Assembly (NCBI GenBank): GCA_900617105.1
Contig: UYFQ01000011.1
Location: 1 to 64,000, forward strand
Reading direction: 5' to 3'
DNA: 64,000 nt
DNA from: Hydrurus foetidus
Lineage: Eukaryota
Shown: piece after piece, positions 52,101-60,291 of the stretch
Layout: every line of letters starts with the position of its first letter
Position numbering within the stretch: the stretch's first letter is position 1
Position numbers and translations under genes: made by a program
The notes under the pieces: model-generated
Database searches by the model: none
What the model was told of the DNA's origin: nothing
Seen by the model: only the letters and a program-made list of their open reading frames with translations

Positions 52101-55049
52101 ATGAACGCACCTACTAAAAGAATTGAGGTAACGCCTCAAGTCATTACGTTTCAACTCGACGGCAAACCGGTCGAAGCCTTCGAAGGCGAATCCATCCTGA
52201 AAGCGGCCGAGCGCAGCGGCGTCTGCATCCCCCACCTTTGCTACAAGGATGGCCTGCGCGCCGATGGCAACTGCCGCGCCTGCGTGGTCGAGATCAAGGG
52301 CGAACGCACACTGGCCCCCAGCTGCTGCCGCAACGTCACTGCGGGCATGGAGGTGCAAGCCACCAGCGAACGTGCCGTCAAGAGCCAGAAGATGATTCTG
52401 GAGATGCTGCTGTCCGACATGCCGGATGTAGGTTACAAGTGGACCCTTCGACCATTCGACAAGCTCATGGCAGGCCAAGCTCAGGGCGATCGGAATCCCG
52501 TTCGGGCTGAGCCTGTCGAAGCCCAGGAAGTGGGCCAACACGGTGAACTGAGCGACTGGGCCGCACGGATGGGTGTGCAAGTGCGCCCGGAACTCAAAGC
52601 CCTGCGCCGCGCGCAGCCCAAGGCCGATATTTCGCACCCAGCCATGGCCGTGAATCTGGATGCCTGCATCCAGTGCAACCGCTGCGTACGCGCCTGCCGT
52701 GAAGAGCAGGTGAACGACGTGATCGGTTACGCCATGCGCGGCAGCCACAGCGAGATCGTGTTTGACCTGGCTGACCCCATGGGCGACAGCACCTGCGTGG
52801 CCTGCGGCGAATGCGTGCAGGCCTGCCCCACGGGTGCGCTGATGCCTAAAACACAAATAGGCTCACAGATCGTTGACAAAAAAGTGGATTCGGTCTGCCC
52901 CTTCTGCGGCGTCGGCTGCCTGCTGACCTACAACGTCAAGGACAACGTCATCGTCAGTGTGGACGGACGTGATGGCCCGGCCAACCACAGCCGCCTGTGT
53001 GTGAAAGGCCGCTTTGGTTTTGACTACGCGCACAGCCCGCAGCGCCTGACGGTGCCGCTGATCCGCAAAGCCGGTGTGCCCAAAGACCCCGAGGCGCTGA
53101 ACCACCTGAACCGCGATACGGCAGATTGGTCCGATGTGTTCCGCGAAGCGACCTGGGAAGAGGCATTGGCCTTCTCGGCCGGCGGCTTGCAAAACCTGCG
53201 TGACACCTTTGGCAAGAAGGCCTTGGCTGGCTTTGGCTCGGCCAAGGGCAGCAACGAAGAGGCCTACCTGTTCCAGAAGCTGGTGCGTACCGGCTTTGGC
53301 TCTAACAACGTAGACCACTGCACCCGCCTGTGCCATGCCTCCAGCGTGGCAGCCCTGTTAGAGGGCGTAGGCTCCGGCGCGGTGAGCAACCAGGTCAACG
53401 ATGTGGAGCACTCAGACCTGATCTTTGTGATCGGCTCCAATCCCACATCCAACCACCCGGTGGCGGCCACCTGGATGAAGAACGCGGCCAAAAAGGGCGC
53501 CAAGATTGTGCTGGCCGACCCGCGCATCACCGATATTGGCAAACACGCCTGGCGCACGCTGCAGTTCAAGGCCGACACCGATGTGGCCATGCTCAACGCC
53601 ATGATCCACACCGTGATCGAAGAGGGCTTGACGGACCAAGATTTCATTGCCAAACGCGCCAGCAACTTTGAGGCGCTGCGTGAGAACGTCAAGGGCTACA
53701 GCCCCGAGGCGATGGAGCCGATCTGCGGCATTCCTGCGCAAACGATTCGTGAAGTAGCGCGGGAGTTCGCCAAGGCCAAGGGCGCGATGATCTTGTGGGG
53801 CATGGGCATCAGCCAGCACGTGCACGGCACCGACAACGCGCGCTGCCTGATTGCACTGGTGACCGTGACCGGCCAGATCGGTAAGCCCGGCTCCGGTCTG
53901 CACCCGCTGCGCGGCCAAAACAACGTGCAGGGCGCGAGTGACGCGGGCCTGATCCCGATGATGTACCCCAATTACCAGCGCGTGACCGACAAAGCTGCGC
54001 ATGACTGGTTCGAAGATTTCTGGGGCATGCCGTTGGACAACCAGCCCGGCTACACCGTGGTGGAAATTATGCACAAGGCATTGGTCCTTGATAGCGATCC
54101 GCACAAGGTGCACGGCATGTACATCATGGGCGAAAACCCGGCCATGAGCGACCCCGACCTGAACCATGCGCGCCATGCGCTGGCATCTTTGAAGCACCTG
54201 GTGGTGCAAGACATTTTCATGACCGAGACCGCCTGGCTGGCCGACGTGGTGCTGCCCGCTACCGCCTGGCCCGAGAAAGACGGCACGGTCAGCAACACCG
54301 ACCGTATGGTGCAGCTCGGCAAGAAGGCGATTGACCCACCCGGCCAGGCCAAACCTGACTTGTGGATCATCCAGCAGATAGCGCAGCGTATGGGCTTGCA
54401 CTGGAATTACGCGGGCGAAAGCGATGGCGTGGCTGCGGTGTATGAAGAAATGCGCCAAGCCATGCACGCAGCCATCTCCGGCATCACCTGGGAGCGCTTG
54501 CAGCGCGAATCCAGCGTGACCTACCCCTGCCTGAGTGCTGAAGACCCAGGTTCGCCCACCGTATTCATCGACCGCTTTGCCACCGAGGACGGCCGCGTGC
54601 ACCTGGTGCCTGCCGACATCATTCCCGCCAATGAGCGGCCCGATGCGGAGTTTCCGTTTGTGCTGATCACCGGCCGCCAGCTGGAGCATTGGCACACCGG
54701 CAGCATGACGCGCCGCGCCACCGTGCTCGATGCCATCGAACCCATGGCCACTGCCTCGATGTGTGGTGACGATCTGCAGGCCCTGGGCCTGCAGGCGGGT
54801 GATGTGATCACGGTGGAGTCGCGACGCGGGCATGTGGCTATCCATGTGCGGCGGGACGACGGCACGCCCAAGGGGGCCGTATTCATTCCGTTCGCCTATT
54901 ACGAGGCGGCCGCCAACTTGATGACGAATGCCGCGCTGGACCCGTTTGGAAAAATCCCCGAGTTCAAGTACTGCGCCGTCGCCATCCGCCGGGGCGGTGT
55001 GCCCGCTGCGGTCAGCGGTTACGGCGCCAACCCCGCCGTGGCGCAGTAA
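52101..55049 (+). CDS. fdhF: Formate dehydrogenase alpha subunit (Cys-ligated Mo/W-bisPGD)
   Basis: CRACVVE, CIQCNRC, CVACGECVQACP, CPFCGVGC, DHCTRLCHASS, LRGQNNVQG, PEFK; start ATG 52101. Confidence 0.93.
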   Translation: MNAPTKRIEVTPQVITFQLDGKPVEAFEGESILKAAERSGVCIPHLCYKDGLRADGNCRACVVEIKGERTLAPSCCRNVTAGMEVQATSERAVKSQKMILEMLLSDMPDVGYKWTLRPFDKLMAGQAQGDRNPVRAEPVEAQEVGQHGELSDWAARMGVQVRPELKALRRAQPKADISHPAMAVNLDACIQCNRCVRACREEQVNDVIGYAMRGSHSEIVFDLADPMGDSTCVACGECVQACPTGALMPKTQIGSQIVDKKVDSVCPFCGVGCLLTYNVKDNVIVSVDGRDGPANHSRLCVKGRFGFDYAHSPQRLTVPLIRKAGVPKDPEALNHLNRDTADWSDVFREATWEEALAFSAGGLQNLRDTFGKKALAGFGSAKGSNEEAYLFQKLVRTGFGSNNVDHCTRLCHASSVAALLEGVGSGAVSNQVNDVEHSDLIFVIGSNPTSNHPVAATWMKNAAKKGAKIVLADPRITDIGKHAWRTLQFKADTDVAMLNAMIHTVIEEGLTDQDFIAKRASNFEALRENVKGYSPEAMEPICGIPAQTIREVAREFAKAKGAMILWGMGISQHVHGTDNARCLIALVTVTGQIGKPGSGLHPLRGQNNVQGASDAGLIPMMYPNYQRVTDKAAHDWFEDFWGMPLDNQPGYTVVEIMHKALVLDSDPHKVHGMYIMGENPAMSDPDLNHARHALASLKHLVVQDIFMTETAWLADVVLPATAWPEKDGTVSNTDRMVQLGKKAIDPPGQAKPDLWIIQQIAQRMGLHWNYAGESDGVAAVYEEMRQAMHAAISGITWERLQRESSVTYPCLSAEDPGSPTVFIDRFATEDGRVHLVPADIIPANERPDAEFPFVLITGRQLEHWHTGSMTRRATVLDAIEPMATASMCGDDLQALGLQAGDVITVESRRGHVAIHVRRDDGTPKGAVFIPFAYYEAAANLMTNAALDPFGKIPEFKYCAVAIRRGGVPAAVSGYGANPAVAQ
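52444..52523. repeat. Palindromic REP-like element, in frame within FDH alpha
   Basis: CTTCGAC..AAGCTCAGGGCGATCGG pairs with CCGTTCGGGCTGAGCCTGTCGAAG; nested partial duplicate. Confidence 0.8.
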
Positions 55050-55061
55050 GCTCTGTCGGAT

Positions 55062-55931
55062 ATGTCGGATATGTCGCACACCTTGCCCCGCCTCACCCAA
55101 GCCCGTGCGCCGCTGACGCACCGCATTGAGGTGACCAATGAGCACGGCGAGCGCCAGGCTTTGGACATTCCTGCCGAGCGGCCCTTGACCGTGTATGTGG
55201 ACAAGCGCGAGCTGGTCACGCTGATGACGCTGGGCGAGCGGCCGGAGTGGCTGGTGCTGGGCTACTTGCTGAACCAGCGCCTGGTGCCAGACGCCAGCGC
55301 GGTGGAATCGGTCACGGTGGACTGGGAGGTAGGCGCCGCTGCGGTCAAGACCCGCGCGGGCATCGTCGATATCGACCAAAAGACGGCCAAGCGTGTGGTC
55401 ACCACCGGTTGCGGCCAGGGCAGCATGTTTGGCGAAGTGATGGAGCACATCGAGGGCGTGCAACTGCCCGCCACCACCGTGACCCGCTCGCAAATTTACG
55501 CCATCGTCAACACCATTCGCCTGCAGGACAGCACCTACAAGTCGGCTGGCTCGGTGCACGGCTGCGCGCTGTTCCGCGGCGAAGAGCGCCTGTTGTTTGT
55601 CGAAGACGTGGGGCGGCACAACGCGATTGACGCCATTGCCGGCTGGATGGCGTTGCAAGCGCTTGGTCCCACGCCACTGGTCACAGAAGGCCTGGTGTTT
55701 TATACGACCGGCCGCCTGACCAGCGAGATGGTCATGAAGGCCGCGCAGATGGGCATTGCCGTCGTCATTTCGCGCAGCGGCATGACACAAATGGGCCATG
55801 CCGTGGCGCAGAGCCTGGGCCTGTGTGCCATTGGCCGTGCGCTCAACAAACGTTTTTTGTGCTTCAGCGCGCCAGAGCGTTTGCAGCTCGATACGGTTGT
55901 CGTCACTGAGACCGCAGAGGCACCCATTTGA
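55062..55931 (+). CDS. fdhD: FDH accessory sulfurtransferase
   Basis: ERPL, TTGCGQG, GSVHGCALF, EDVGRHNAIDAI, TGRLTSEMV. Confidence 0.93.
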   Translation: MSDMSHTLPRLTQARAPLTHRIEVTNEHGERQALDIPAERPLTVYVDKRELVTLMTLGERPEWLVLGYLLNQRLVPDASAVESVTVDWEVGAAAVKTRAGIVDIDQKTAKRVVTTGCGQGSMFGEVMEHIEGVQLPATTVTRSQIYAIVNTIRLQDSTYKSAGSVHGCALFRGEERLLFVEDVGRHNAIDAIAGWMALQALGPTPLVTEGLVFYTTGRLTSEMVMKAAQMGIAVVISRSGMTQMGHAVAQSLGLCAIGRALNKRFLCFSAPERLQLDTVVVTETAEAPI

Positions 55932-56662
55932 GTTCTCTGGGGGACAGCGCGCAGGCTGCCTGGCAACTGGTGGTCTCGGCCGACCCCATGCTGCTGTCCA
56001 TCGTCACGCGCTCGCTGGCGCTCAGCGCCAGCGCCACGGCCATCGCGTTTGTGATGGGATGTGTGCTGGGCTCATGGCTGGCGGTTGGCCGATTTGCCGG
56101 GCGCACGGTGCTGCTGGCGGTGCTCAATACCTTGTTGTCGTTGCCGTCCGTCGTGGTAGGGCTGGTGGTGTATCTGCTGCTGTCACGCTCCGGGCCACTG
56201 GGTTTTCTTGGCTGGTTGTATTCGTTCAAGGCCATGCTGCTGGCGCAGACCGTGCTGGTACTCCCCATCGTGGTGGCCCTGGTGCGCCAGACGGTGGAAG
56301 ATGCGCACACTGCCCACGGCGAGCAACTGCGCTCACTGGGCGCCGGGCCGCGCCTGACCGGGCTGCTGCTGGCCTGGGACGAACGCAGCGCCTTGCTCAC
56401 CGTGGCCCTGGCCGCCTTTGGTCGCGCCATTGCCGAGGTGGGCGCTGTGATGCTGGTGGGCGGCAATATCGACGGATTCACCCGCGTCATGACCACGGCT
56501 ATTGCGCTGGAAACCAGCAAGGGCGATCTGCCGCTGGCCATGGGCCTGGGGCTGGTGCTGCTGGGCGTGGTGCTGGTTCTGCAAATGCTGATTGCCGGTC
56601 TGCGCGTCTGGATGGGCGCCCATGCGGTGCCGGTGGCGACGCGTTCGCCTGGGGCGCTCTGA
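55928..56662 (+). CDS. tupB: Tungstate ABC transporter permease
   Basis: LPSVVVGL, LSRSGPLG, FGRAIAEVGA, GGNI, TTAIALETSKG. Confidence 0.87.
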   Translation: MSSLGDSAQAAWQLVVSADPMLLSIVTRSLALSASATAIAFVMGCVLGSWLAVGRFAGRTVLLAVLNTLLSLPSVVVGLVVYLLLSRSGPLGFLGWLYSFKAMLLAQTVLVLPIVVALVRQTVEDAHTAHGEQLRSLGAGPRLTGLLLAWDERSALLTVALAAFGRAIAEVGAVMLVGGNIDGFTRVMTTAIALETSKGDLPLAMGLGLVLLGVVLVLQMLIAGLRVWMGAHAVPVATRSPGAL

Positions 56663-56663
56663 T

Positions 56664-57371
56664 ATGGCGGTGCTTTACCAACTCGACGGCGTGCGGGTCG
56701 TGCTGGCTGCATTGCGCGGCGCACCACCGGCGCTGGATGGTGTATCGCTGCGCATCGAAACCGGTGAGCGCGTAGCCCTGGTTGGAGCCAACGGCAGTGG
56801 CAAATCCACCTTGCTGCGCGTGCTGCACGGGCTGCTGGCGCCCAGCGCGGGCACGGCACAGCGCCAGGCGGATTTGAAACAGGCCATGTTGTTCCAGCGC
56901 CCGGTGCTGTTGCGCCTGTCGGTGCAGAACAACCTGGCCCTGGCCCTGTGGCTGCGTGGTGTGGGCTGGGGTGCGGCCCGCCAAGCTGCGCTGCAGGCGT
57001 TGGCCTATGCCGGTTTGCAGAATGTGGCGGCGCGCAGTGGCCGCCAGCTCTCGGTCGGGCAAACCCAGCGTGTGGCGCTGGCACGCGCCTTGGTGCTGCA
57101 GCCCGAAGTGCTGCTGCTGGACGAACCCACGGCCAGCCTGGACCCGCACTCCAAACGTCTGGTAGAGGCGACGGTGCAGGCCTACGGCGGCACCACCGTG
57201 TTTGCCAGCCACAACCTGGGCCAGGTCAAGCGCCTGGCCACGCGGGTGATTTATCTGGAAGAGGGAAGGGTGCTGGCCGACCTGCCCGTGGCTGAGTTTT
57301 TTGACCAAGCCAGTCTGCAGGCCCACTCCGGCGCAGCCGCCCATTTTGTAAAGGGAGAGGCTATTTCATGA
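56664..57371 (+). CDS. tupC: Tungstate ABC transporter ATPase
   Basis: GANGSGKST, FQRP, LSVGQ, LLLDEPTASLD, SH. Confidence 0.82.
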   Translation: MAVLYQLDGVRVVLAALRGAPPALDGVSLRIETGERVALVGANGSGKSTLLRVLHGLLAPSAGTAQRQADLKQAMLFQRPVLLRLSVQNNLALALWLRGVGWGAARQAALQALAYAGLQNVAARSGRQLSVGQTQRVALARALVLQPEVLLLDEPTASLDPHSKRLVEATVQAYGGTTVFASHNLGQVKRLATRVIYLEEGRVLADLPVAEFFDQASLQAHSGAAAHFVKGEAIS

Positions 57372-58195
57372 GAGAACTTAAGACAAATTGGCCAGTAGCC
57401 CCCGTGCGTATTGCGCTGGCAGCTATAGTTTTAGTAGCGTCTGGCATGGTGTCGGCCCAATCACTGGTCATGGCATCCACCACCTCCACCGAGCAGTCGG
57501 GCCTGTTTGCCCACCTGCTGCCGGCCTTCAAGGCCGCCACGGGGCTGGACGTGAAGGTAGTCGCCGTGGGCACCGGCCAGGCCATCGACATGGGCCGCCG
57601 TGGCGACGCCGACGTGCTGTTTGTGCACGACCAGGCCGCCGAAGAAAAGCTGGTGCAAGAGGGTTTTGCGACCCAGCGCCTGCCCGTCATGTACAACGAC
57701 TTTGTGCTGGTGGGGCCTGCCAACGACCCGGCCCGCGTGCGCGGCAAGGGCATCGTGGCGGCCTTCCAGAAGGCAGCGGTGGGGCCAGCTGCTTTCATCT
57801 CACGCGGCGACCGCAGTGGCACCCACGCCGCCGAGTTGCGCTACTGGAAACTCGCTGGCATGGACGCGCCCAAGTTTTCCAACTACAAGGAATGCGGCTG
57901 CGGCATGGGCCCGGCGCTCAACATGGCGGCTTCCTTGGGCGCCTATGTGCTGACCGACCGCGGCACTTGGCTCAACTTTCGCAACCGTGCCGACCTGGCG
58001 GTGCTGGTGGAGGGCGACAAGCAGTTGTTCAACCAGTACGGCGTGTTGCCGGTCAACCCGGCCAAACATCCGCACGTGAATGTAGCGGGCGCGGCCAAAT
58101 TTGTGGACTGGGTCACCTCACCCGCAGGCCAGGGCGTGATCGCCAGCTACAAAATTGGTGGCGAACAGTTATTCTTCCCCAATGCCAACCCCTAG
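57368..58195 (+). CDS. tupA: Tungstate ABC transporter substrate-binding protein
   Basis: STTSTEQSGL, GTGQA, GDADVLFVH, MYNDF, SRGDRSGTH. Confidence 0.88.
   Translation: MRELKTNWPVAPVRIALAAIVLVASGMVSAQSLVMASTTSTEQSGLFAHLLPAFKAATGLDVKVVAVGTGQAIDMGRRGDADVLFVHDQAAEEKLVQEGFATQRLPVMYNDFVLVGPANDPARVRGKGIVAAFQKAAVGPAAFISRGDRSGTHAAELRYWKLAGMDAPKFSNYKECGCGMGPALNMAASLGAYVLTDRGTWLNFRNRADLAVLVEGDKQLFNQYGVLPVNPAKHPHVNVAGAAKFVDWVTSPAGQGVIASYKIGGEQLFFPNANP
57385..57438 (+). repeat. Dispersed repeat family A, copy 8 (in frame in TupA signal peptide)
   Basis: AAATTGGCCAGTAGCCCCCGTGCGTATTGCGCTGGCAGCTATAGTTTTAGTAGC, read as NWPVAPVRIALAAIVLVA. Confidence 0.82.
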
Positions 58196-58880
58196 AACTT
58201 CTACCGATCTTCCATTCACGCTGAGCGATACCACGGCACTCGTGCTAGCCGGTGGGCGCGGCCTGCGCATGGGCGGCGTGGACAAGGGCCTGCAGCCCTT
58301 TCGCGGCCAGCCCATGGCCCAGCACGCGCTCTCTCGCCTGGCCGCCCAGCACGGCGGACCACTACAAGGTCTACATAGCGTGCTGATCAATGCCAACCGC
58401 AATGACCAGGACTATCTGGCGCTGGGCGAAGCCGCTTGGGGCGCTGGTCGGGTGCGCGTGTTTGCCGACCGTGTGCAAGATTTCTCTGGACCGCTGGCTG
58501 GTTTTCAGGCCGGGCTGGACCTGTGCACCAGCGCGCTGCTGCTGACCGTGCCCTGCGACAGCCCGCTGTTCCCGCTGGACCTGGCCCAGCGCCTGCTGGA
58601 CGCGCTCAACGCGGCCCAGGCCGACATCGCCGTGGTGCAGGCGCCGGAGGCCGGGCGCGATGGCCAACTCAGCCTGCGCAGCCAGCCCGTGTTTTGCCTG
58701 ATGAAGGCCAGTCTGTTGGAAAGCCTCACCCAATTTCTGGACGGCGGTGGCCGCAAGGTGGATGCCTGGACCGCGCAGCACCGCGTCGTGCAAGTGCCCT
58801 TCAACCTGGCGATGGATAACCCGCATGCGTTCGCCAACGCCAACACCCTGGACGAACTGCGTCTGCTGGAAGCCACATGA
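58182..58880 (+). CDS. mobA: Molybdenum cofactor guanylyltransferase
   Basis: LAGGRGLRMGGVDKGL, INANRN, GPLAG, VPCDSP, NANT. Confidence 0.93.
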   Translation: MPTPRTSTDLPFTLSDTTALVLAGGRGLRMGGVDKGLQPFRGQPMAQHALSRLAAQHGGPLQGLHSVLINANRNDQDYLALGEAAWGAGRVRVFADRVQDFSGPLAGFQAGLDLCTSALLLTVPCDSPLFPLDLAQRLLDALNAAQADIAVVQAPEAGRDGQLSLRSQPVFCLMKASLLESLTQFLDGGGRKVDAWTAQHRVVQVPFNLAMDNPHAFANANTLDELRLLEAT

Positions 58881-60142
58881 ATTCCCTGGATGAGATTGCC
58901 CGCTCGCTGCAGGGCTATGACCCGCAGGCCCTGAAGATGGAAGACGCCAATGCCTTCATCGCCAAGCTGGTTGCGCCGGTGCAGGGCGTGGAAACCCTGG
59001 CGCTGCGCCAGTGCGGCGGTAGGGTGCTGGCGCAAGACGTGGTGTCGCCCATCTCGGTACCCGCGCACGACAATTCGGCCATGGACGGCTTTGCCTTCAG
59101 TGCGGCCCTGCTGCAGCCGGGCCAGCCACTGGCCTTGCGCAATGTCGGCACTGCGCTGGCCGGCAAAGCATGGGCAGGCGCGGTAGCCGCGGGCGAATGC
59201 CTGAAGGTGATGACCGGTGCCATCCTGCCCAGCGGGCTGGACACCGTGGTGCCGCAAGAGTTCACACGCCAAGAGGGCCACGTGGTCCACATTCCCGCCG
59301 ACATATTGAAAGCTGGCGACAACCGCCGCCTGCGGGGTGAAGATTTGCTAGGGGGTGGCGTGGCGCTACAAAAAGGAGAGCTACTCACGCCCGCTGCACT
59401 TGGGCTGGCGGCCAGTTTGGGTCTGCAGACTTTGCCGGTGACGCGGCGCCTGCGCGTGGCCTACCTGTCCACCGGTGACGAGGTGCTGTCGCTGGGCGAG
59501 CAGTTGCGCGAAGGCGCGGTGTTTGACAGCAACCGCTACACCGTCACCAGCCTGCTGGACCGCCTTGGCTGCGAGGTGATTGAGCTGGGCGTGGTGTACG
59601 ACGAACCCGCCGCGCTGGAGGCCGCGTTTCGCAGCGCAGCCGCGCAGGCCGATGTAATTTTGAGCAGCGGGGGGGTGAGCGTGGGCGAGGCCGACTTCAC
59701 CAAGGGCATGATGGCCAAGTTGGGCGATGTGGCCTTCTGGCGCATCGCCATGCGCCCAGGGCGCCCGTTTGCCGTGGGCCGCATTGGCGACACCGTGCTG
59801 TTTGGCATGCCGGGCAACCCGGTGGCGGTGATGGTCACCTTTTTGACGCTGATACGCCCGGCGCTGCTGCAGATGATGGGCGCGCGGCCCCAGCCGCTGC
59901 CACTCTTGCAGGCCCATAGCCAGGAGCCCCTGCGCAAGAAAGCCGGCCGCACCGAATACCAGCGCGGCATCGTCAGCACCGGGCCCGATGGCCGCTTGCA
60001 GGTGCGCAATACCGGCAACCAGGGTTCGGGCGTGCTCAGCTCCATGGTGCAGGCCAATGGTCTGATCGTGCTGCACCACGCCCAGGGCCATGTGGCTGCG
60101 GGAGACCTCGTGGACGTGATGATGTTCCAGGGCGTCGTATAG
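58877..60142 (+). CDS. moeA: Molybdopterin molybdo/tungstotransferase
   Basis: NSAMDGFA, MTGA, STGDE, SGGVSVGEAD, RPGRP, PGNP. Confidence 0.94.
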   Translation: MNSLDEIARSLQGYDPQALKMEDANAFIAKLVAPVQGVETLALRQCGGRVLAQDVVSPISVPAHDNSAMDGFAFSAALLQPGQPLALRNVGTALAGKAWAGAVAAGECLKVMTGAILPSGLDTVVPQEFTRQEGHVVHIPADILKAGDNRRLRGEDLLGGGVALQKGELLTPAALGLAASLGLQTLPVTRRLRVAYLSTGDEVLSLGEQLREGAVFDSNRYTVTSLLDRLGCEVIELGVVYDEPAALEAAFRSAAAQADVILSSGGVSVGEADFTKGMMAKLGDVAFWRIAMRPGRPFAVGRIGDTVLFGMPGNPVAVMVTFLTLIRPALLQMMGARPQPLPLLQAHSQEPLRKKAGRTEYQRGIVSTGPDGRLQVRNTGNQGSGVLSSMVQANGLIVLHHAQGHVAAGDLVDVMMFQGVV

Positions 60143-60145
60143 CTA

Positions 60146-60224
60146 GCCCCCACGCTTGTCACTTCGTGTACTGCGCTGCCCCCCAAGGGGTCCCTAGTCG
60201 CCTTGGGGCGGCCCGGCGGCGACT
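60146..60224 (+). repeat. Structured intergenic element (REP-like)
   Basis: Stems GCTGCCCCCCAAGG/CCTTGGGGCGGC and AGTCGCC/GGCGACT; single copy in window. Confidence 0.5.
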
Positions 60225-60291
60225 GGCCGCGCACTGCGGGCTTTCAGGCCCGCGCGATTTGTGGCTTTTGCCAAGCTGCTAAGGTGTTGCG

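Noticed and set aside
53310..53345. Selenocysteine in FDH alpha
   Set aside because: The active-site codon is TGC (Cys); no in-frame TGA.
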